A DNA stretch of 64,000 nt. It comes from Rhodovibrionaceae bacterium (GTDB lineage: Bacteria > Pseudomonadota > Alphaproteobacteria > Kiloniellales > DSM-21159). Made by a program: the position numbers and the translations under genes. Each line of letters opens with the position of its first letter. Position 1 is the stretch's first letter. A model generated the notes under the pieces. That model worked only from the letters and a program-made list of their open reading frames with translations. It did no database searches and was not told where the DNA came from. Below, in pieces: positions 47,554 to 54,778 of this stretch. The DNA is taken from contig JBBEAM010000001.1 of the NCBI GenBank assembly GCA_040882845.1, positions 48,142 to 112,141 on the forward strand, read 5' to 3'.

Positions 47554-49407
47554 ATGATCAGGCTCGTTCTTATTGGCGCCATCCTGGCGCTTTCGAGTTG
47601 TCTTGCCGCAGCCGCCCTGGCCGCGGAGGGCGACAGCGCGGTTTACGTCGAACTGCGGCCGGAGGGCGCGGACGAGGACGCGGCGCGCGAGCGCTGGAAG
47701 CTCTACAGCGCGAGCTACGCCCTGGTCATCGGCATCGACGACTACAGCGCCGGCTGGCCGCGCCTGTCCAACGCCGTCGGCGATGCCGAGGCGGTGGCCG
47801 CGGCGCTGCGGGACCGCGGTTTTGAGGTGACCACGCTGTACAATCCCGGCGGGGACAGGCTGCGCGGCGAGCTGCGCAGCTTCTTCGCGCTCAAGGGCAG
47901 AGATCCCGAGGCGCGCCTGTTCCTCTGGTTCGCCGGCCACGGCTACAGCGAGTTCGACGAGGGCTATCTGGTGCCCGCCGACGCGCCGGACCCTGACGAT
48001 CCCGAGTTCCTGCTGCGCGCCCTGCATCTTGGCGACGTCGGGTCGATGGTCCGCATCGCGCGCTCCAAGCATGTCTTCGCGGTCTTCGACTCCTGCTTCG
48101 CCGGGACCATTTTCAACGCCAGCCGGGCGCGCCCGCCGGCCGCCATCACCCGCGCCGTGAGCGCCCCGGTGCGCCAATTCCTGACCTCCGGCGATGCCGA
48201 TCAGCAGGTCTCCGACGACGGCGCCTTCCGGCGGCTGTTCCTCAAGGCCATCGGCGGCGAGGAGAATGCCGACGCCAACGACGACGGCTATCTCACGGGC
48301 ACCGAACTGAGCCTTTTCCTCGAGGATCGCGTGGTCAATCTCACCCAGTCCCTGCAGACGCCGCGCAGCGGCAAGTTGCGCGACCAGCGCTTCGATCAGG
48401 GCGATTTCGTGTTCCTGCTGCCGCAGAGCGCGGAATCGCAGGTCGCTGCCGTCCAGCCGCAAGGCGGGTCCGGGACCGGCACCCGCGCGCTTCCGGCTGC
48501 CGATCCCGAGCTGGCCGTGGAACTGGCCTTCTGGGACGCGATCAAGGCAAGCGACAGCCCGGACGACTACACGGCCTATCTCACGGCCTATCCCGACGGG
48601 CGTTTTGCCGTGCTTGCCCAATCCCGCAGGGCGCGGCTGGAATCGGGAGCCGCCGCGCGCGAAGCCGAGCACGAACGCCTGGAAGCCGAGGCGCAGGCGC
48701 GCAGCGCCGACGAACAGCATCATCGGGCCGAGGACGAACAGCACCATCAGGCCGAAGCGGCGCGGGACGCACAGCTCGCCGCGTTGCCGCCTGCCGCGCC
48801 CCAAGTCAATCCCGAGGCGGATCCCGCTGCCCAGGAAGAAGAGGCGCTCGGCCTGACCCGCGGCGATCGCCGGGAGCTGCAGGCCGCCCTGACCGCGCTC
48901 GGCTTCGACACGCGCGGGATCGACGGGGTGTTCGGGCCCGGTACGCGCACCGCCATCCGCGGCTATCAGGCGGCCAAAGGGGCCGAGCGAAGCGGCTATC
49001 TGACCGCATCCCTGGCCGGCAGCCTGCGGGCCGAAGCGCCGCGGGCGCCGGCAGGCGAAACCCAGACGGCCGCCCGGCCGGCGCAAGCGGCGATCTCGAA
49101 AAGCGCGGCCGGAGACTACCTGCGCGCCAACGCCAGCGCCATGAAGCAGGAGCTGATGGAATACAACCAGCAGCACCGCGTGATTCACGGCAGCTACGGC
49201 GGCACCGCCGAGCGCCTCGACATCGTCTCCTGGCGGGTCGAGCAGGTGACCGGCGACGAAGCCGTGGTCGCCGTGGCCTACCGCGAGCCGATCGTCGTCC
49301 TGGCCGGCAACAGCGGGACGCAGCGCTTCCTGCTGAAGTGGGACGGGTCCGGATTTTCCTTCGTCGGCCATGAAAACGGCGGAGCCATGAGGCGCACCGG
49401 CGGCTAG
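47554..49407 (+). CDS. secreted caspase-family (peptidase C14) protein with a peptidoglycan-binding domain, paralog 1
   Basis: Signal peptide. YALVIGIDDY...LSNAVGDAEAV. Catalytic-dyad contexts WFAGHGY and VFDSCFAG. PG_binding_1-like LQAALTALGFDTRGIDGVFGPGTRTAIRGYQ. I prefer the ATG at 47554 over the GTG at 47539. Confidence 0.82.
   Translation: MIRLVLIGAILALSSCLAAAALAAEGDSAVYVELRPEGADEDAARERWKLYSASYALVIGIDDYSAGWPRLSNAVGDAEAVAAALRDRGFEVTTLYNPGGDRLRGELRSFFALKGRDPEARLFLWFAGHGYSEFDEGYLVPADAPDPDDPEFLLRALHLGDVGSMVRIARSKHVFAVFDSCFAGTIFNASRARPPAAITRAVSAPVRQFLTSGDADQQVSDDGAFRRLFLKAIGGEENADANDDGYLTGTELSLFLEDRVVNLTQSLQTPRSGKLRDQRFDQGDFVFLLPQSAESQVAAVQPQGGSGTGTRALPAADPELAVELAFWDAIKASDSPDDYTAYLTAYPDGRFAVLAQSRRARLESGAAAREAEHERLEAEAQARSADEQHHRAEDEQHHQAEAARDAQLAALPPAAPQVNPEADPAAQEEEALGLTRGDRRELQAALTALGFDTRGIDGVFGPGTRTAIRGYQAAKGAERSGYLTASLAGSLRAEAPRAPAGETQTAARPAQAAISKSAAGDYLRANASAMKQELMEYNQQHRVIHGSYGGTAERLDIVSWRVEQVTGDEAVVAVAYREPIVVLAGNSGTQRFLLKWDGSGFSFVGHENGGAMRRTGG
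48709..48756 (+). repeat. 24-nt in-frame tandem repeat x2 (DEQHHRAE / DEQHHQAE) within caspase paralog 1
   Basis: gacgaacagcatcatcgggccgag followed by gacgaacagcaccatcaggccgaa. Lies in a charged His/Glu/Gln-rich segment that has no counterpart in paralog 2. Confidence 0.8.
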
Positions 49408-49447
49408 CGGAAGCGCCGAGAAAAGGAGGGGAAGGAGGAGCAGCACT

Positions 49448-51157
49448 ATGCGATATCGCGGTCTGGCCGCCCTCTGGCTCGGCGCCGCCATAATCCTCCA
49501 GGCCGCGCCGCTCGACGCGGCCGAGACGGACAGCGCCGTCTATGTCGAACTGCGCGCGGAAGGCGCCGGCGCCGAGGGCGCGCGCGAGCGCTGGAAGCTC
49601 TACGGCGCCAGCCACGCCCTGGTCATCGGCATCGACGACTACAGCGCCGGCTGGCCGCGCTTGTCCAATGCCGTCAGGGATGCCGAAGCCGTGGCGGCGG
49701 GCCTGAAAAGCCAGGGCTTCGAGGTCGAACTGCTGCGCAATCCAGGCTCCCAGGACCTGCGCACGGCGCTGCGCGCCTTCTTCGCGCGCAAGGGCGCCGA
49801 TCCCGAGGCGCGGCTGTTCCTCTGGTATGCCGGTCACGGACACACCGAGTACGGCGAGGGCTATCTGGTGCCCTCCGACGCCCCCCTGCCCGGCGAGCCG
49901 GACTTCGCCTTCCAGGCGCTGCACCTGGGCGACGTCGGCGCGATGGTGCGCATCGCGCGCGCCAAGCACGTCTTCGCGGTGTTCGACTCCTGCTTCGCGG
50001 GCACCATCTTCAACGCCAGCCGCGCGCGCCCGCCGGCCGCCATCACCCGTGCGGTCAATGAACCGGTGCGCCAGTTCCTGACCTCCGGGGACGCCGACCA
50101 GGAAGTCTCCGACGACGGCACCTTCCGCGACCTCTTCCTGCGTGCGCTCACCGGCAAGGAGGACGCCGACGCCAACGACGACGGCTATCTCACCGGGACC
50201 GAACTGAGCCTTTTCCTCGAGGATCGCGTGATCAACCTGACCCAGTCCCTGCAGACGCCGCGCAGCGGCAAGCTGCGCGACCGCCGTTTCGACCAGGGCG
50301 ACTTCGTCTTTCTACTGCCTGGTGCGGCAGAGCGGCAGGTCGCCTCGGCGGCGGGGGGAGCGGCCCCGCCTTCCGGAACGCGCGCGCTGCCCCAAGTCGA
50401 TCCGGCATTGGCGGTCGAGCTCGCGTTCTGGCAGTCGATCCAGGCTTCGAGCAGCGCCGCCGATTACAAGGCCTATCTGGCGAGCTATCCGGAGGGGCAG
50501 TTCAGGACGCTCGCCGAGGCGCGGCTGGCCGACTTGACGGCGGCATCGGAGGACCCGCAGCTTGCCGTTTTGCCGCCTGATCCCGCGGCCCAGGTCGAAG
50601 CCGCGCTCGATTTGAGCCACGGCGAGAGGGAAGAGGTTCAGCGGGCGTTGACCGCGCTCGGCTACGATACCAAAGGGGTCGACGGCGCTTTCGGCCCCGG
50701 GACGCGGGGTGCGATCGGCGCCTATCAAGCCGCCAAGGGACTGGAACCGAACGGCTACCTGACGGCCTCGCTGTTCGGCGCGCTGATGGCCGAGACGCCG
50801 GAGACCGCGCCTCAAGCGCCGGCTGCCGCCGCGCTGCCGTCTCCTGCGGCGATCACGGCCGAGGCCTTCGATGCCTATCTCGAGAGCAATCGAAGGCGCA
50901 TGAAGGGGGGACTCGTTCGCTACAACGAGCGTCACAAGGCGATCGTCCGGGACAACGGCAGTCCCGATCTTCGCCCGCTGCGCTTCCCCACCTGGGTGCT
51001 GACCGAAGCCGACGGCGACGAGGCGCTGGTTGCCGTCGGTTACCTCGACCCCGATGCCGGGACCACTGGCAAGCAGCGGTTCCTGTTCAGATGGACCGGT
51101 ACCGAGTTCGAGGTTATCGGCCATGAGGAGAATGGAGAAATCAAGCGCGCCCGATAG
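49448..51157 (+). CDS. secreted caspase-family (peptidase C14) protein with a peptidoglycan-binding domain, paralog 2
   Basis: Strong SD (aaggaggggaaggagg). Signal peptide. HALVIGIDDY, WYAGHGH, VFDSCFAG. PG-binding block VQRALTALGYDTKGVDGAFGPGTRGAIGAYQ. Long stretches of near-identical DNA shared with paralog 1. Confidence 0.85.
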   Translation: MRYRGLAALWLGAAIILQAAPLDAAETDSAVYVELRAEGAGAEGARERWKLYGASHALVIGIDDYSAGWPRLSNAVRDAEAVAAGLKSQGFEVELLRNPGSQDLRTALRAFFARKGADPEARLFLWYAGHGHTEYGEGYLVPSDAPLPGEPDFAFQALHLGDVGAMVRIARAKHVFAVFDSCFAGTIFNASRARPPAAITRAVNEPVRQFLTSGDADQEVSDDGTFRDLFLRALTGKEDADANDDGYLTGTELSLFLEDRVINLTQSLQTPRSGKLRDRRFDQGDFVFLLPGAAERQVASAAGGAAPPSGTRALPQVDPALAVELAFWQSIQASSSAADYKAYLASYPEGQFRTLAEARLADLTAASEDPQLAVLPPDPAAQVEAALDLSHGEREEVQRALTALGYDTKGVDGAFGPGTRGAIGAYQAAKGLEPNGYLTASLFGALMAETPETAPQAPAAAALPSPAAITAEAFDAYLESNRRRMKGGLVRYNERHKAIVRDNGSPDLRPLRFPTWVLTEADGDEALVAVGYLDPDAGTTGKQRFLFRWTGTEFEVIGHEENGEIKRAR

Positions 51158-51198
51158 TGCGGTCGAGGCCGCTGGCGCCTGTGCCCTGGAGAAGAAAA

Positions 51199-51501
51199 AT
51201 GAAGCTATCGTGGATTGGCCTGTGTCTCGCCGCGATCCTGGCCGGCGGCCTTCTGGCGGGGAGTGCGGAAGTGGCCTCCGAGCCGCTCGACATTTCCGGC
51301 CGCTGCTTGACCTCACCCGAGGCTTCCAGCGATGTGCCGCTTCAGATGGCCCGCATGGATCCTTCGAAATGCGTCATCTGGTGCAAGATCAAGCGCGGGA
51401 ACTGCGCCGAGGACTGTGCGGCCTCCGCCGGCGACAAGCTGAAGTCCTGCAAGGAGGGCTGTCGCGCAACCTTCGAGGCCTGCATGCAAAGCTGCAGCTA
51501 G
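51199..51501 (+). CDS. small secreted cysteine-rich protein (100 aa) with four CX3C motifs
   Basis: ATG at 51199 after gagaagaaaa. Signal peptide MKLSWIGLCLAAILAGGLLAGSA. The mature part contains CVIWC, CAEDC, CKEGC and CMQSC plus one further Cys. Sits 41 nt downstream of caspase paralog 2 on the same strand. Confidence 0.55.
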   Translation: MKLSWIGLCLAAILAGGLLAGSAEVASEPLDISGRCLTSPEASSDVPLQMARMDPSKCVIWCKIKRGNCAEDCAASAGDKLKSCKEGCRATFEACMQSCS

Positions 51502-51519
51502 CCGCCGCGGCGGTGGCCG

Positions 51520-51810
51520 CTACTCCAGGCCTTCGAGCAGCCAGAAAGACCCCTCGGAGTTGGCCTGGCGGATCTTCGCCGCTTCCTGGTACTCCGGGGA
51601 GTAATAGAAGGCCTTGGCGGCTTCCATGTCGGCGAATTCCAGCAGCACCACGCGGCGGCCGGGCCCTGTGCCTTCCAGCGCCTCGACCGTGCCGCCGCGA
51701 GTCAGGTACTTGCCGCCGTACTTCTCGATCGAAGCCGGCGCCAGGGCCTTGTAGTCCTCGTAGCCTTCGGGGTTCTTCACCTCCACCTGGGCCAAAATGT
51801 AGGCTGCCAT
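51520..51810 (-). CDS. DUF1330 domain protein
   Basis: 96 aa. MAAYILAQVEVKNPEGYEDYKALAPASIEKYGGKYLTRGG...VVLLEFADMEAAKAFYYSPEYQEA is the typical DUF1330 pattern. Confidence 0.85.
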   Translation of the reverse strand: MAAYILAQVEVKNPEGYEDYKALAPASIEKYGGKYLTRGGTVEALEGTGPGRRVVLLEFADMEAAKAFYYSPEYQEAAKIRQANSEGSFWLLEGLE

Positions 51811-51880
51811 CGCTGCGTACTCCCTTTGCCGTGCGTCACCTGTTATCTAGAACAGAGCCTTTAGGAACAGGGAGCGCAAG

Positions 51881-52639
51881 ATGAGATTGCAGGGGAAGGT
51901 TGCCGTGGTCACCGGCGCCGGTTCGGGATTCGGCGAGGGCATTGCCCGGCGCTTCGCGGCGGAGGGGGCCTCGGTGGTCGCCGCTGACATCGACGGTGTA
52001 TCCGCCGAGCGGGTTGCCGCGTCGATTGCAGAGAGCGGCGGTACGGCGAGGGCGATCCAAGCCGACGTCACCCAGCGCGGCGACACCGCGGCGATGCTGC
52101 GGAGCGCGACCGAGAGCTATGACCGCCTCGATATTCTGGTCAACAATGCCGGCTACAGCCACGTCAACAAGCCGCTGATGGAGGTCGGCGAGGAGGAGTT
52201 CGACCGCTGCTTCGACGTCAACGTCAAGGCGCTCTACTGGGCGACCCTTGAGTCCGTGCCGATCTTCCGGGCGCAGGGCGGCGGCTGCATCGTCAACACC
52301 TCCTCGACCGCCGGCCTGCGCCCGCGCCCGGGGCTGACCTGGTACAACGCCAGCAAGGGCGCGGTGAACGTGATGACCAAGTCGATGGCCGTGGAGCTGG
52401 CGCCGGAAAAGATCCGGGTCAACGCGCTCTGCCCGGTGATCGGCGAGACCGGCCTGCTGGAGACCTTCATGGGCCTGCCCGATACCCCGGAGAACCGGGA
52501 GAAATTTCGCGCCTCGATTCCCCTCGGCCGCTTCTCGACGCCGGCCGATATCGCTTCCGCCGCGCTCTATCTGGCCAGCGACGACGCCGCGTTCATCACC
52601 GGCGTGCTGCTCGAGGTCGATGGCGGGCGCTGCATCTAG
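51881..52639 (+). CDS. SDR family oxidoreductase (FabG-like)
   Basis: 252 aa. VTGAGSGFGEGIA (TGxxxGxG), NNAG, catalytic S...YNASK, and the PG motif region. Confidence 0.9.
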   Translation: MRLQGKVAVVTGAGSGFGEGIARRFAAEGASVVAADIDGVSAERVAASIAESGGTARAIQADVTQRGDTAAMLRSATESYDRLDILVNNAGYSHVNKPLMEVGEEEFDRCFDVNVKALYWATLESVPIFRAQGGGCIVNTSSTAGLRPRPGLTWYNASKGAVNVMTKSMAVELAPEKIRVNALCPVIGETGLLETFMGLPDTPENREKFRASIPLGRFSTPADIASAALYLASDDAAFITGVLLEVDGGRCI

Positions 52640-52643
52640 CGCC

Positions 52644-53876
52644 ATGAGCGGCGGGGCGCAGCGGATCGTCGTCATCGGCGCCGGCGCCGCCGGGATCGGC
52701 GCCGGGCTGCGGCTTGCCGAGGCCGAAGCCGATTTCACCATTCTGGAGGCGCGGGAGCGGATCGGCGGGCGGGCCCACAGCGACAGCCGCTTCCCGGCGG
52801 CCTTCGATCTCGGCTGTTCCTGGCTGTGGCAGGGCTCGCGCAATCCCTGGGTCGAGCACGCCGGGCGCCTCGGTTTCGAGCTGGTGCCCGACGGCCATGC
52901 GCCGCGGCTGATGTTCGGCGGCCGCCCCGCAGCTGCGAAGGAAACCGCGCGCTACCATGAGGAACGCGCCGCCGCCTTCGCTGCGGTCGAGGCCGACCGG
53001 GAGGAGCGGGCGGTCAGCGAAGTCGTCCAGCCTGCCGGGCCTTTCGCGCGCGTGCTGGAGAACTCCCTCGGCCCCTGGATGATGGGCGCCGAGACCTCGG
53101 CTGTCTCCACCGCCGAGTGGGGCGGCGCGGAGTCGCGGGAAACCGATCTGCTGGTGCCGGCCGGGCTCGGCACACTGGTGGCGACGGTGGGCAGGGATCT
53201 GCCGGTCGAGCTCGACACGCCGGTGAGCGCCATCGACTGGTCGGACTCGCCGATCCGGATCGAGACGCCACGCGGCAGTCTGCTAGCCGGAAAGGTCATC
53301 GTCACCGTGCCGCTGGGGGTGCTGGCGGCGGGCGGGATCGCCTTCACGCCCGCCCTGCCTGACAGCGTGCAGGAAGCTTTGGCTGGCCTGCCCATGGGTC
53401 TTCTGGCCAAGCTCGCCTACGCCTTCGACGCAGATGTCTTCGGCTTCGGCGCGACGACCCATGTGATGGATGCCGCGGCCGAAGACCAGCATCCGCTGTG
53501 GATCGCCGCGCCCTACGGCGCGCCCATGGCCATGGGGCTCTACGGCGGCGATCTTGCCTGGGAGCTGGAGGCGGCCGGGGAGGCCGCTGCGCTCGATTGG
53601 GGCCTCGATGCCTTGGCCGGGATTTTCGGCGGCGAGATCCGAAAGCGGGTCGCGCTGGCCCGCGCCAGCCGCTGGGGCGGCGATCCCTGGGCGCGGGGCT
53701 CCTATTCCGTCGCCCGGCCAGGGTGCCACAGCCTGCGCGGAGCCCTGGACGCGCCCTTCGACGAACGGCTGTTCCTCGCCGGGGAGGCCTGGCGCAGCCA
53801 GGGAGACGCCGCGCTGGTCGACGGCGCCTACCGCAGCGGCTGGGATACGGCGGGTGCGGCGCTGGCAGCGCCGTAG
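52644..53876 (+). CDS. FAD-dependent amine oxidase (flavin monoamine oxidase family)
   Basis: RIVVIGAGAAGIGAGLRL...ILEARERIGGR dinucleotide-binding motif and the C-terminal LFLAGEA block. I prefer the ATG at 52644 over the track start at 52620. Confidence 0.82.
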   Translation: MSGGAQRIVVIGAGAAGIGAGLRLAEAEADFTILEARERIGGRAHSDSRFPAAFDLGCSWLWQGSRNPWVEHAGRLGFELVPDGHAPRLMFGGRPAAAKETARYHEERAAAFAAVEADREERAVSEVVQPAGPFARVLENSLGPWMMGAETSAVSTAEWGGAESRETDLLVPAGLGTLVATVGRDLPVELDTPVSAIDWSDSPIRIETPRGSLLAGKVIVTVPLGVLAAGGIAFTPALPDSVQEALAGLPMGLLAKLAYAFDADVFGFGATTHVMDAAAEDQHPLWIAAPYGAPMAMGLYGGDLAWELEAAGEAAALDWGLDALAGIFGGEIRKRVALARASRWGGDPWARGSYSVARPGCHSLRGALDAPFDERLFLAGEAWRSQGDAALVDGAYRSGWDTAGAALAAP

Positions 53877-53883
53877 CGCAACG

Positions 53884-53911
53884 AAAAAGGCCCGGATCGC
53901 TCCGGGCCTTT
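53884..53911. terminator. bidirectional rho-independent terminator between convergent genes
   Basis: A5 tract (53884-53888), stem ggcccgga (53889-53896), loop tcgc, stem tccgggcc (53901-53908), then TTT (53909-53911). Confidence 0.65.
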
Positions 53912-53932
53912 CGACGTCTTGGCGGGACGGGT

Positions 53933-54661
53933 CTACTCGCCGCGCATCATGCCGAGGATGTTGAGGATCCAGACGAACATGGTGACGAAGCTGCCGTAGA
54001 GCATGAAGGCGCCGAAGATGGCCTTGCGGCTCATCACGTCGTGGCCGTCGTGCTCGGCGTACATCCGCTTGATCATCTGGGTCTCGTAGGCGGTCAGGCC
54101 GGCGAAGACCAGAACCACCACCACCGAGAGGCCGAACTCGAACACGGTCGACTGAAAGAAGAAGAAGTTGACCAGCATGGCGATCAGCAGACCGATGGTC
54201 GACATCGCCAGGAAGGCGCCCATGCCGCTCAGGTCCTTCTTGGTGGTGTAACCGAGCAGGCTCATGCCCGCGAAGGTGCCGGCGGTGATGAAGAAGGCGC
54301 GGACCAGAAGCATCGGGTCCATCTGGGCATAGACGAAGAAGATCGGGCCCAGGATCGCGCCCCAGAGGCCGGCATAGACCCAGTAGGCGGCCTGCGCGGC
54401 AACGACAGACTTGGTCATCATGATCTTCGGCGCGAAGAAGCCGAGCCCCAGGATGCCGATGAAGAACAGCCAGAAAGACGAACCGATCGCCTGCACCAGG
54501 GCGGGATTCATCGCCACGAGCATGGCGATGGCGCCGGTGAAGGCGACGCCCAGGGACATGTAGTTGTAGACCCGCAGCATGTAACTGCGCAGGCCGGCAT
54601 CTATGCCCGCCGTGGTCGCAGTCTGCGTGCGGCTCATATAGTTGCGGTCACCGATTGCCAT
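53933..54661 (-). CDS. Bax inhibitor-1/YccA family membrane protein
   Basis: 242 aa, seven TM helices. N-terminal GLRSYMLRVYNYMSLGV and the central/C-terminal pattern are typical of BI-1/YccA. Confidence 0.88.
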   Translation of the reverse strand: MAIGDRNYMSRTQTATTAGIDAGLRSYMLRVYNYMSLGVAFTGAIAMLVAMNPALVQAIGSSFWLFFIGILGLGFFAPKIMMTKSVVAAQAAYWVYAGLWGAILGPIFFVYAQMDPMLLVRAFFITAGTFAGMSLLGYTTKKDLSGMGAFLAMSTIGLLIAMLVNFFFFQSTVFEFGLSVVVVLVFAGLTAYETQMIKRMYAEHDGHDVMSRKAIFGAFMLYGSFVTMFVWILNILGMMRGE

Positions 54662-54778
54662 CTTTTCCTCGTCTCCAGCCAGTGTTGTTCAACTGCGGTT
54701 TTATATCGTGCGCGAAGCATAGCGAATCAATAGCTTCCAGCCAAGCTTTTGCGGGCTTTCGCGGGGAGTCTCTCGGGC

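Noticed and set aside
47530-49491. 653-aa minus-strand ORF opposite caspase paralog 1
   Set aside because: The plus-strand frame has a signal peptide, a caspase dyad and a PG-binding domain, and it is mirrored by paralog 2. The antisense frame has no motifs.
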